Part shown: positions 9,427 through 18,835 of the stretch, piece after piece
Position numbering within the stretch: the first letter of the stretch is position 1
Layout: each line of letters starts with the position of its first letter
Assembly (NCBI GenBank): GCA_965197585.1
Contig: OZ240215.1
Location: 1,760,001-1,824,000 of the forward strand
Length of the DNA: 64,000 nt
Reading direction: 5' to 3'
Origin: Dehalococcoidia bacterium
GTDB lineage: Bacteria; Chloroflexota; Dehalococcoidia; Plut-88900
The notes under the pieces: generated by a model
Told to the model about the DNA's origin: nothing
Database searches by the model: none
Seen by the model: the letters and a program-made list of their open reading frames with translations, nothing else
Translations under genes and position numbers: made by a program

Positions 9427-11004
9427 CTACAACCGGGTCCCGTACCTCGCCTTCTTCCCCAAGTTGCTCCTTATCGCCCCCTGAGCCGCCGCTATAAAAC
9501 GATATACGTAGTACCGCGTCTCCACAGGATCGATCATCTCCTCCAGGCCAAATGCCTCCGCCGTCTTCCACGGTGACGAGTCTGCCAGAAGCTTGGCCTC
9601 AATCTGGCTCCGTCTGGCATTTGGGTCATCCGCCGACTCTATCTCCCGTCGGAACGCCGCGAAGACACCGCCTTCCACCGGCATGTCCCCGAACTCTCCC
9701 GTCGCCCAGCCAATCCGCAGGTGCAGCCGGTCCGGGTTAGCCGTCGAGTTGCACGCCATCCCGAACGCTTTTCGCATGTGTACCGTAACCATCGGCACCG
9801 TAGACTCCATCATCGCCTGCAAGGCCCGCATCCCTTTCCTTAGCGTCCCCTCTCTCTCCGCCACCTCACCGATCATGAATCCCGGAACGTCCACCAGGTA
9901 GACAATGGGCAGGTTGAAGGTGTCGCATAGCTCTATGAATCGGGCCTGCTTCTGCGATGCCTGCGCGTCCAGCGCTCCACCGATGTACATCGGGTTGCTT
10001 GCCAGCACTCCTACCGAGTATCCCCCGATCCTGGCCATGCCCACCACCAGGGAGCGGCCCCAATCAGGTCCAATCTCGAAGAACGAGTCCCGGTCGAAAA
10101 TCACATCTATGACCCCGTGGGAATCGTAGGCCTGCCTCCGGTCTTCGGGCACCAGGCTCAGGAGTATTTCGTCCTGCCTGTCGGGCGGGTCCCCTGTCTC
10201 TACGAAGGGCGGCATCTCCCAAACGTTCTGCGGCATATAGCTCAGGAACCGCCTCATTTGGTATATGGCGTCCGCCTCATCCTCGGCAACGTTGTCGATT
10301 GTGCCGGAGAGTTGTGTGTGAACGTGAGCGCCCCCCAGATCGAACTTGTTGACTCTGCGCCCCAGGGCTCTTTCCACGACCGGTGGTCCCCCTGCAAAAA
10401 CGCACCCCGTATCTCGCGTCATTATCGAAAAGTGTGAAATCACCAGCCGTCCCGCCGAGCCTCCCGCACATGCTCCCATCCCCGCGGCGATTACCGGCAC
10501 CTCACCCAATAGCTGGTAGCTGCGCCCAAAGCTGGACGAGCTCACTATGGGGGCGTGGCCTGTGGTCTGCTGCATGCTGACACCGCCCCCCACCCCTTCC
10601 ACGAAAATCATCAATGGGATCCTGTACTCGTGGGCCAGGTCCTCCAGGAAACCGCCCATCCCACCCTTCTTTCGGTCCAGCCCGATGGTGTGGCCCGCGC
10701 TCACCGTGAAGTCCTCGCCCCCGAGTGCCACTGGCCGGCCATCGACTTCCGCCAGGCCCATGATGTAGCTCGCCGGAGTTGGCTCCAATTCGTTGCCTTC
10801 GGAATCGAAACGGTGGTCGATAGCCATCGTCCCGACCTCTAGGAAGCTTTCCGGATCGGCCAGCATGCCTATCCTGTCCCTCACCAGCCCCCCTCCCCGT
10901 GATCGCTGCTTCTCCACGGCGCGATCGCCGCCGTGGGTCATCGCCCGGTTTCTCCGGTATAAGAGCTCTTCTCTGGCCTTTTCCCATGTGAACGACTGGG
11001 CCAT
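9427..11004 (-). CDS. Acyl-CoA carboxylase carboxyltransferase subunit
   Basis: EDFTVSAG, FAGGPPVV, LCDTFNLPIVYLVDVPGFMIG, MIDPVETR. Confidence 0.9.
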   Translation of the reverse strand: MAQSFTWEKAREELLYRRNRAMTHGGDRAVEKQRSRGGGLVRDRIGMLADPESFLEVGTMAIDHRFDSEGNELEPTPASYIMGLAEVDGRPVALGGEDFTVSAGHTIGLDRKKGGMGGFLEDLAHEYRIPLMIFVEGVGGGVSMQQTTGHAPIVSSSSFGRSYQLLGEVPVIAAGMGACAGGSAGRLVISHFSIMTRDTGCVFAGGPPVVERALGRRVNKFDLGGAHVHTQLSGTIDNVAEDEADAIYQMRRFLSYMPQNVWEMPPFVETGDPPDRQDEILLSLVPEDRRQAYDSHGVIDVIFDRDSFFEIGPDWGRSLVVGMARIGGYSVGVLASNPMYIGGALDAQASQKQARFIELCDTFNLPIVYLVDVPGFMIGEVAEREGTLRKGMRALQAMMESTVPMVTVHMRKAFGMACNSTANPDRLHLRIGWATGEFGDMPVEGGVFAAFRREIESADDPNARRSQIEAKLLADSSPWKTAEAFGLEEMIDPVETRYYVYRFIAAAQGAIRSNLGKKARYGTRL

Positions 11005-11059
11005 TGCCTCTCCCCCTGCGCGAGTTATTGTTATCTCTGTTTCTTTCCTTGCACCTGGC

Positions 11060-12220
11060 CTACTTGACCACCAGGTCCAACGGCATCCGGGACAATCTTT
11101 CGCATCCCGTCTCCGTCACCAGCACCGTCTCTCCCGGCGACATCGTAATGCCCCTGGTGCTGTCCAGCAATATCATGTGCATGAATATAACCATATTCGG
11201 CTGAATAACCACCGGGTTGCCGGTGAACAGCATCGGGTAGTCCATCCATGTCGGCGGGTACAGGGCCCCGAGACTGTAGCCGCAGGCATTCAGCCTGTGC
11301 TCCCTGAACCCCGCGTCGTCGAACGCCTTGGCGTGCGCATCGAATACGTCCCCGAAGGTTGCGCCCGGCTTACAAGTGCCCTGGGCTGCCTGGAGTGCAT
11401 TCACCCCGGCCTCGTGCATCTTGTAGTATTGCGGGTCCGGGGTCCCGGTCAACGCCGTCCTCATCAGGCACGAGTGATAGTGCCGATACGCCGCCCCGAA
11501 CTCCAGCTGCACTTGGTCGTTTTCTCCAATGTCACCGTGGCCCGTGATGTGTCTTACCATCAAGGCCCTCTCCCCAGACCCGATTATCCACCGCCCCGCC
11601 GGGTAGTCTCCACCCCCGCGGAATATCGCCGAGTGCATCCCAGCGAATAGCTCCAACTCCGGCACCCCCGGAGCGAACAGGTCGTATGCCACTTCCAGGG
11701 CATCATCCGCTAGAGAGGCCGCCTTCCTCACATATTCGACCTCCTGGGGACTCTTGACTAGCCGAAGCTCGCTCACCAGGTGCGACGCGTCCTCCCAGCT
11801 GCAGAAACCATCCAACGCGCTCTTCATCATCTCCCACCGACGCCCCGTCAACGTCCAAGCCTCCAACTCAACCCCCAGCCTCTTGCCCCGGCACCCCTTC
11901 TCTTCAAGCACCTTCTTCACGTCCAGACCGGGATTCGCGTCCCCGCTGTCCATCCAGATCCGCACGTCTTCGATTATCGACGTGAACCCCGACTGCCGCA
12001 GGTCCGCCGACCTCGTCACCAAGGTCATGTCCCCGTCCGCGCCCATGTAGAGACACTGGAACTGGGTGTAGCCCATGGTGTCGTAGCCCGTAAGGTAATA
12101 CATGGTCTCCTGGCGGAAGATCAGCAGCCCGTCCAGCCCCTTCGCCGCCATCGACTCACACGTCCTCCGCCTCCGCCCCGCGAGCTCTTCCTCGCTAAAA
12201 TGCAGGTGCTTGGCCATCAA
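11060..12220 (-). CDS. M24 Xaa-Pro peptidase family protein (creatinase/ectoine hydrolase-like)
   Basis: YYLTGYD N-domain, LRLVKSPQE, YHSCLMRT, FMHMIL, GETVLVTETGCERL. Confidence 0.85.
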   Translation of the reverse strand: MMAKHLHFSEEELAGRRRRTCESMAAKGLDGLLIFRQETMYYLTGYDTMGYTQFQCLYMGADGDMTLVTRSADLRQSGFTSIIEDVRIWMDSGDANPGLDVKKVLEEKGCRGKRLGVELEAWTLTGRRWEMMKSALDGFCSWEDASHLVSELRLVKSPQEVEYVRKAASLADDALEVAYDLFAPGVPELELFAGMHSAIFRGGGDYPAGRWIIGSGERALMVRHITGHGDIGENDQVQLEFGAAYRHYHSCLMRTALTGTPDPQYYKMHEAGVNALQAAQGTCKPGATFGDVFDAHAKAFDDAGFREHRLNACGYSLGALYPPTWMDYPMLFTGNPVVIQPNMVIFMHMILLDSTRGITMSPGETVLVTETGCERLSRMPLDLVVK

Positions 12221-12302
12221 GTCTTATCCTTTCTTCATTCCTATCCGACTCTTAATTTTCAATCGACCCCTACCCCCCGTCACGCCTCCCGAGGGGAGCC
12301 TG

Positions 12303-12317
12303 TCCGCCAAAGGCGGA
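12303..12317. repeat. Palindromic repeat family 5 (TCCGCC-N2-3-GGCGGA)
   Basis: Copies at 12303-12317, 40901-40929 (double) and 55864-55898 (double). Confidence 0.6.
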
Positions 12318-14066
12318 TCACACCGGTATCACCGGCAGCGTCACCCGAGACGCATAACTGTCATTGTGAAGAACAGTCTGCGATGCAGGCTTGGCCTCCG
12401 TCCCCTTACCCAGCGCACCCCCCGTATTCGGGTTCCTGTCAAACCGCGGGAAGTTGCTGCTCGAAATCTCCACCCGGATCCTGTGCCCCGCCTTGAACAG
12501 GTTGCTCGTCGCCCACAAGTCGATCTTGTACTCATACACCTCGCCGGGTGTTATCAACTTTGCCTCGCTCGTCGACTCCCGGTACCGCGCCCTCACTATC
12601 CCGTCCGCCAGGTTAACCGCTCCCCCACACGGGCACGCATCCACCAGCTTCGCCGTGAAGTCCGTATCCACCGCCGACGATGCTGCGTAAAGCGTCACCG
12701 TCACCGGCCCCGTGACCTCGACGGGTTGCTCCAACACCGCCGTCGAGTAGACCAGCACGTCCTCCCTCGCCTCAATCGCACTCTGATCGAACGAACCCGG
12801 CGGTGAAACAGCCTCGTTGCAGCACAGCCCCCCGCCCCGAGTCGGCACCGGGTTGTTCGGGTTATAAAGATAGGCGTCGTAGGGCTCGTCACCCGGCGCC
12901 TCGATGCCGAGCATCCCGTCTCCCCGCGCGCTGTTCGCCCGACCCCCGCTGTGGAGGTAGTAGTCTGTGTACTGTGTCCGGGCCAGCGGCCATTCCTTCT
13001 CACTGCGCCACTCATTGGCCCCCATCACGAATATCCGTACCGGGTCCTCCTCCCCAACCCCGTTGTCCTCTCCCTTCAGCCAGTAGTCGTACCAGCGCAG
13101 CTTCGTACCCTGGAAATCAAACGAGACCGCGCTTGCGCTCGGCCCGAAATTCACTTCGCCCCCAACACTGCCCGGCGTATCGTCGTGGAACCAGGGTCCG
13201 ATTATCAGCCGTTGCCCGTTCCTTGCCGCGTCCGTTGCCCCGTTCTCCCTCATCCCCACGAAGTTGCGAATCGCCCCACCCAGGAAAATGTCGTACCAGC
13301 CCGACATGCTGTAGGCCGGAACCTCAACCGTCGAATGCCGCTCCCTGATGTTCACCGACTTCCAGTATGAGTCGTCATCCGAATGCTGCACCCAGTCGTT
13401 GAAATACTGGGCAAGCGCCGGGTTCCTGAACAACGGGTGCTCTGCAAAGTTCAGTGTTTCGAATGACCCATCCAGGTCCTTCAGTGCCTCCATCATCCGC
13501 GCCGAGTCTGCCGAAACATCCCCATGGTCACGTTCGATATGATCTATGTTGGCCATCGCCAGTGACACTGCCCAGCTAAGTGTGAAGAACAGCTGGAATG
13601 CCCCGCCCTGGTACGTCCATCCCTCGTAGTAGTCGTCGCTGGTTATGGAAGGAATGATGCACTTCAAATGCGGAGGCCTGGAAATCGCCGCCAGCCACTG
13701 CGTAGCCCCGACATACGACCCCCCGTGCATCCCCACCGCCCCCGAGGACCAAGCCTGCGATGCCGCCCACTCCACAGTGTCGTACCCGTCGTTTATCTCG
13801 TTCTTGAAAGTGTAGAACGTCCCCTCGGAGTTGTATCGCCCCCGAACATTCTGCATAACGAAAGCGTATCCCTGCCTCGCCGCCCGGATCGGGTCCACGC
13901 TGTCAACTCTCGTCGAGAAGGCATCCTTGTCATACGGAGTCCGGCACAAAATAACCGGATACCGACCCGGCGTATCCGGCCGATAAACATCACTATAAAG
14001 AACTGTCCCGTCCCGCATCCGGGCCGGAACATCCTGCTCTACCCTAACCGTAACCGGCTTCGTCAT
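12318..14066 (-). CDS. CocE/NonD family hydrolase
   Basis: MRDGTVLYSDVYRP, RTPYDK, GGSYVG nucleophile, GWYD, IGPWFH, SSSNFPRFDRN. Confidence 0.95.
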   Translation of the reverse strand: MTKPVTVRVEQDVPARMRDGTVLYSDVYRPDTPGRYPVILCRTPYDKDAFSTRVDSVDPIRAARQGYAFVMQNVRGRYNSEGTFYTFKNEINDGYDTVEWAASQAWSSGAVGMHGGSYVGATQWLAAISRPPHLKCIIPSITSDDYYEGWTYQGGAFQLFFTLSWAVSLAMANIDHIERDHGDVSADSARMMEALKDLDGSFETLNFAEHPLFRNPALAQYFNDWVQHSDDDSYWKSVNIRERHSTVEVPAYSMSGWYDIFLGGAIRNFVGMRENGATDAARNGQRLIIGPWFHDDTPGSVGGEVNFGPSASAVSFDFQGTKLRWYDYWLKGEDNGVGEEDPVRIFVMGANEWRSEKEWPLARTQYTDYYLHSGGRANSARGDGMLGIEAPGDEPYDAYLYNPNNPVPTRGGGLCCNEAVSPPGSFDQSAIEAREDVLVYSTAVLEQPVEVTGPVTVTLYAASSAVDTDFTAKLVDACPCGGAVNLADGIVRARYRESTSEAKLITPGEVYEYKIDLWATSNLFKAGHRIRVEISSSNFPRFDRNPNTGGALGKGTEAKPASQTVLHNDSYASRVTLPVIPV

Positions 14067-14392
14067 CCGTTACCTCCCATATCTAGGTCCCGTCCGCCAA
14101 CCATTAGCATTCTCTCAATGACATTCCGCTACGTACACCGCACCATACCAACATCCTTACGCGTCATTCCGGCATGAGTCTAGTGTCAAACCAAGGCCCG
14201 TTTCTGTGTCACCCCTTGGTCCATCTCAATGTCATACCGAGGCCCATTTATAGGTCATTCCGAGGCTCCGCGAGGAAGCTAAGGCGTCTGCCCTCAACCA
14301 TCCATTAACGAGCCCAATACGTTCGAATACGGTGTAGGGGGAAATCATTCCCGCATCCTGCAAAGCATACCCATTGGAATGGAGCTCCCACC

Positions 14393-15190
14393 TCACGAAC
14401 GCAGAAACTCCTTCACAATAGCCGAAACCTTCTCACGCTGTTCCAACTGTGGAATGTGACCCGCTCCATCAAGTATCTCCGTCCGCACAGTCGTGTTTAC
14501 CATCCTGTCGGAAAACTCCTTGGCATACTCCGGAGGGACGAGGGCATCCTGTTTGCCCCACAATATCAACGCCGGCGCCGACACCCGATAGATCCGGTTC
14601 TTCAACCCCTTGTCCGGTATCGGCCACGTGAATTTGGATGTACAGGCGATGGCCCACGTCCTTGCAATAGTGAAGTTTTGGAACTCCTCCTCATCCTCCG
14701 GTGCCTCGAGGAAACCCTTGGCAAATTGACCCTCGGGGTCCGAGAACAGCGCTTTGACCAACGCATCCTGGCTCATCGCCGTCCAGTCCAACACCGGGTA
14801 TTCATCCAGCCAGAACCCGATGGGATTCATCAGCGTCAACTTGCTAACCCTGTCTGGGCTGCTCGCCGCAATCTCGGCCGCCAGCATTCCGCCGTAAGAA
14901 TGCCCAATCACCGCCGGAGACTCTAGCCCCAATGCATCGAACAGGTCGTAGTGGTACAGCACCAGGTCCCACAGGCTGTCGATCTTCCGGATGTCGTCAG
15001 GGTCATGGAGCCCGGGGTGAAGTGGTGCGTACACCGTGAATTCGGAAGAGAGGTCATCCAGGAAACCGTCCCATCGCAGGCCTCCTGCCCCGTGCAGGAA
15101 CACGACGGGTGGGCCTTCCCCTGCAGTCATCACCTTCGGGTTGAGCAGCCCGTCCCTGATCTTTGGGAACCGGTCTTCCACAGTGACCAT
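14393..15190 (-). CDS. Alpha/beta hydrolase
   Basis: FLHGAGG, GHSYGG, WGKQDAL, GAGH. Confidence 0.9.
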   Translation of the reverse strand: MVTVEDRFPKIRDGLLNPKVMTAGEGPPVVFLHGAGGLRWDGFLDDLSSEFTVYAPLHPGLHDPDDIRKIDSLWDLVLYHYDLFDALGLESPAVIGHSYGGMLAAEIAASSPDRVSKLTLMNPIGFWLDEYPVLDWTAMSQDALVKALFSDPEGQFAKGFLEAPEDEEEFQNFTIARTWAIACTSKFTWPIPDKGLKNRIYRVSAPALILWGKQDALVPPEYAKEFSDRMVNTTVRTEILDGAGHIPQLEQREKVSAIVKEFLRS

Positions 15191-15424
15191 TTACTTCTCC
15201 TATTAAGGTTGATCGAAAGACATCTGCGCACCTATGAATAAACCCCCGTCGGTTTCACAGCTTCCCCCTCCCTCAACGAGTGTTTTGCATAACGGTCATT
15301 CCCGGCGGCCGAGGGGAGGTCCAGTCCCCTCTCCCTTGATGGGAGAGGGCTAGGGTGAGGGTGAATTTCGGTTACTCAGGTTTCTCTTCTGTCACGCGCC
15401 TTTCGAGTCTTTACGAAATCCCCG

Positions 15425-16660
15425 CTAACCCGCCACCGGGGCGGGTGCCTTCGTCTTCAAGGTCTCGGGCCACCAATGGTTCTCCCATTCGTCGTCCCAG
15501 ATGTTCCGGATGTGAGGGAGCACCTCTTTGGCAAATATCTCGATGTTCTTCAGCGTCAGTTCGTGCGGCATGGACCCGATCTGCAGCAGCACCATCAAGT
15601 TTCCGACCCGCAGCCGCTTCACCGCATCCTTAAGCTGGTCCACCACCGACTCCGGTCCACCGCTGATCACGTACTGTTTATCTACGAAGTCCTTGAACTT
15701 CCACTCTTTCCACTGTCCCATCTGGTCGGTCCTGCCGCCTCCAAGCTGCTTGATCCGGTTGACCATGCTCTTGTAGTCCTGATATCCCGGCGCGGCCAGG
15801 AACTCGGGGGCCGTGGCCATGCACTTGTTGAAGAAGTACTGGATGTGTTTTTCGTAGTCCTTTTCCGCCTGTACATCCGTCTCCGACACCGCCACAAGCT
15901 GTAGGAACCCTGCTCGGTACGGGTTGGCATCCAGCCCGTTGTAATCGACTCTTTCCCAGAACTTCTCCATGATCTTCGTAGCGAACAGGTTGCCGTAGTA
16001 GCTCAGGTAGCAATAGCAATAGTTCTTTTCGCATACGAAGTCCCACGTACTGCTGCTGCCCCCGCCCGGCACCCATATTGGGGGGTGAGGCTTCTGTATC
16101 GGCTTCGGCCAGACGTTCACGTAGCGCAACTGTGTGTACTTGCCGTTAAACGCGAACATCTCATCCCGGGTCCACGCATCCACGATCAGGTCGTGCGCCT
16201 CCCTGTACCTCTCCCGTTGTACTATCGGCGGTATTCCGTAGCAGAAGTTAGCGTCCGCCGACGTGCCCAGCGGCATCCCGGCAACCAGCCGACCCCCGCT
16301 TATGCAGTCCAGCATTGCGTACTCCTCAGCGATGCGGACGGGAGGGTGGGTGGTGGGCAGCGTGGCCCCCATCTGCACCAGGGCCGCGTTCTTCGTGCTC
16401 CGCGCCAGCACCGACCCCATGAGGTTCGGGTTCGGCATGAAACCGTAGGCGTTCTGGTGGTGCTCGTTAACGCATATCCCGTCCATCCCCATCTTGTCGG
16501 CGTAGATCAGCTCGTCCAGCGTCCAGTTGTAGTACTGACCTACCCGTTCCGGGTCCGCGAGCTCCGACCAAGGCGGGTCCACCCACACCGAGTGATACCT
16601 GTCCTCAAAGTCATCGGGAAGCTCTCTGTGGGGCATCAGGTGGAACATGGATACCTTCAA
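15425..16660 (-). CDS. LLM-class flavin-dependent oxidoreductase
   Basis: NEHHQ, RIAEEYAMLDCISGGRL, PKPIQKPHPPIW, FAKEVLP. Confidence 0.92.
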   Translation of the reverse strand: MKVSMFHLMPHRELPDDFEDRYHSVWVDPPWSELADPERVGQYYNWTLDELIYADKMGMDGICVNEHHQNAYGFMPNPNLMGSVLARSTKNAALVQMGATLPTTHPPVRIAEEYAMLDCISGGRLVAGMPLGTSADANFCYGIPPIVQRERYREAHDLIVDAWTRDEMFAFNGKYTQLRYVNVWPKPIQKPHPPIWVPGGGSSSTWDFVCEKNYCYCYLSYYGNLFATKIMEKFWERVDYNGLDANPYRAGFLQLVAVSETDVQAEKDYEKHIQYFFNKCMATAPEFLAAPGYQDYKSMVNRIKQLGGGRTDQMGQWKEWKFKDFVDKQYVISGGPESVVDQLKDAVKRLRVGNLMVLLQIGSMPHELTLKNIEIFAKEVLPHIRNIWDDEWENHWWPETLKTKAPAPVAG

Positions 16661-16871
16661 GATTGCACCTCCGGGGTATGAAAACCCGCCATTTACTCAG
16701 GCCTAGTCCTCGCTAATTGAGGAGCCTCAACGTCTGCGCATATTAGCACAATGTTTCCCTTATTTGTCCTTTCTCCAGCCCATTACCCCCTACGGCCACT
16801 TCTATATAACTCGAGGCTTTTCTCCAGTTATTTCGATGCTTTTTCATTGTCATAGCGAGCCCCCTTTGATT

Positions 16872-16898
16872 GTCATTCCGAGGCTCCGCGAGGAATCT
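16872..16898 (+). repeat. Palindromic repeat family 1 (GTCATTCCGAGGCTCCGCGAGGAATCT, REP/dRS3-like)
   Basis: Copies or variants at 8009-8035, 8137-9224 (split by the IS), 14163, 14231, 14254-14280, 16872-16898, 24560-24584, 24691-24717, 28650-28676. Confidence 0.88.
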
Positions 16899-16954
16899 AA
16901 CGCGCTACTCCCTCAATCGACCTCCAGAAACTACCTGCCACGTACAAAAACAAC

Positions 16955-16983
16955 ATGGCGCAAGTGCAAGACACTTACGCCAT
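16955..16983 (-). terminator. Intrinsic terminator
   Basis: Minus-strand stem ATGGCGTAAGTG/CACTTGCGCCAT followed by GTTGTTTTT, just after the hydrolase stop. Confidence 0.7.
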
Positions 16984-17012
16984 ATCTTCCCTAAAGTCTA
17001 GGAAACTCTGAC

Positions 17013-17786
17013 TCAGTCCAGCTTCTCCAAAAACCTCAGCATCAGGTCATTCAGAATATCCGGGTGCTCGATCATTATCGGATGCCCGCACGCCGAGATA
17101 AGGTCGTACTGCGCCCCCTGCACCTTCTCCGCCGCCAGCTCCGACCCCGGAATAGACATCGCATCCTCGTCTCCCACTACCACCATTAACGGCACCGTCA
17201 CCTTGCTGAAGTCCGGGTTAGGGTCGAACGTGCCACAAGCCGCAAGGTCTGAATAGCATACCTCTCCCGGCGTCCCCGACATCTCCCTCGTCGCCCATTC
17301 CTTGACCTCAGACGACGTCTGCCGCGAATACATTTCATCCGAGTCCCGCCTCATCTTGTCCGGGTCAGTTTTCCACGGTTCAATTTCTTCGTCGCCTATC
17401 TCCCAACTGGGGCTCGACCCCACCATGATCGCACCTTTTAGCATCTCCCCATGGTGCACGGCGAAGTCCAGTGCCATGGATCCGCCCATAGAGTGACCCG
17501 CAAACACGAACGGGGCCAAATTTAGGGCATCTGCCAAACCTTTCACAAAAGCCCGATACCCTTCCGCGTTGTCGATCCCCTCCCCACCGGAGTCCAGGTG
17601 GCCGGGCAGGTCTACCGACACGGGACTATGGTCTTTGGACAACGCCTCCATCTGGTGGTGCCAGATTTTGTGGTTGTCCGTGGCTCCGTGGATCAACAGT
17701 ACCGTGTTACCCTTCCGGTTGCCCTCCGCGAATCCTTCCGCCGCATCGAAGTTAACTTTGCTGCCATTGACAGTTACGCTGCCCAT
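17013..17786 (-). CDS. Alpha/beta hydrolase
   Basis: LIHGA, DLPGH, GHSMGG, GDEDAM, CGH. Confidence 0.9.
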   Translation of the reverse strand: MGSVTVNGSKVNFDAAEGFAEGNRKGNTVLLIHGATDNHKIWHHQMEALSKDHSPVSVDLPGHLDSGGEGIDNAEGYRAFVKGLADALNLAPFVFAGHSMGGSMALDFAVHHGEMLKGAIMVGSSPSWEIGDEEIEPWKTDPDKMRRDSDEMYSRQTSSEVKEWATREMSGTPGEVCYSDLAACGTFDPNPDFSKVTVPLMVVVGDEDAMSIPGSELAAEKVQGAQYDLISACGHPIMIEHPDILNDLMLRFLEKLD

Positions 17787-17833
17787 TACCCCTCCTTACT
17801 TGTCGAAACCTGAGGCCCCGATATCGTGGCCGG

Positions 17834-18271
17834 TTACTCGGACGGTGCTACTACCAGGGCCTGTCCCGTGACCGCCCTCCGCCCCTCCGGGTTCTCGATA
17901 TACACGTCTACGTCTATGCAGTTCTCCCCGTCCCGCACCTCTTTGTCCGTCACCACACCCACGCATTGGATCGGCTCTTCGTGCTTCACCGGCGCCCGGA
18001 AGATGATGTCCAGTTTCTTCAGTGTTATGTTGGGCGCCCAGTCGGTTATCAGCTGGGACAGGTAGGCCATGCTCATGATCCCGGGAATAATCATCTCGTC
18101 GACGCCCTCGCTCCGGGCCGTCTCAAGGTCCGTGAACCGGGTCTTCTCCTCCAACCCGTAGGCCCTGCAAAACGCTTTCACCTGCTCCAGCGTAGGCTTT
18201 TTGTCCAGGGGCCCTATCTCATCCCCTACGTCCACCTGGTCGAAATAGACCGCATTGCTCTGTTCACTCAT
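17834..18271 (-). CDS. MaoC-family hot-dog fold dehydratase subunit
   Basis: YFDQVDVGDEIGP, IIPGIMSMAYL, FRAPV, GVVTDK. Confidence 0.82.
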   Translation of the reverse strand: MSEQSNAVYFDQVDVGDEIGPLDKKPTLEQVKAFCRAYGLEEKTRFTDLETARSEGVDEMIIPGIMSMAYLSQLITDWAPNITLKKLDIIFRAPVKHEEPIQCVGVVTDKEVRDGENCIDVDVYIENPEGRRAVTGQALVVAPSE

Positions 18272-18279
18272 TGGTCTTC

Positions 18280-18696
18280 TTACTTCCTCCTTACGGTGGA
18301 CATTCCCACTCTGGCGACCGTCTCGCCCCGTTGGTTGGTAAAAGTGTGCTCCCTCACCACGAAGGCCATCGGTCCCGACCGCCCTGTCTTTTTGTAGACC
18401 GACTTCACCCGGGCAACGCAGGTCAGCACGTCCCCCGCCCTCACCGAGGCCTCGGGCTCAATGTACTGACCGGCCATATAGTCAAACCCCTCGAAAGCGA
18501 GGTTCAGGTCGTCCGGGCCCTCGAACTTGGCGAAGATGGTGGCTATCAAGGCCGAGGCATCATCCCCGCTGTCCGCTCCCTCTCCCGTGCCATCGTTGAA
18601 GTCCCGGATCATCTTCGCTGTCACTTCGAAAGATCCCAGGTTGTACTCCTCGTCGAGTACGCGCTTGTTGAAGGTCACCTCGTCCTGTTGTGTCAT
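18280..18696 (-). CDS. MaoC/FAS1-like dehydratase N-terminal-type subunit (partner of the adjacent MaoC)
   Basis: FEVTAKMIRDF, VRAGDVL, KTGRSGPMAFVV, NQRGETVA. Confidence 0.82.
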   Translation of the reverse strand: MTQQDEVTFNKRVLDEEYNLGSFEVTAKMIRDFNDGTGEGADSGDDASALIATIFAKFEGPDDLNLAFEGFDYMAGQYIEPEASVRAGDVLTCVARVKSVYKKTGRSGPMAFVVREHTFTNQRGETVARVGMSTVRRK

Positions 18697-18835
18697 CTAG
18701 ATCCCTGTCTCGCGTTTATGTCGGTTTGCCGTGTGCTAGGGCCATTTGAAGCCTTCATTTCGGAGTTGGATGATAAGCCACGCACTCTCCCCTGTCCAGA
18801 CGTTCATCCCTTCCCAGCGTTCGAGGATAAACGCT

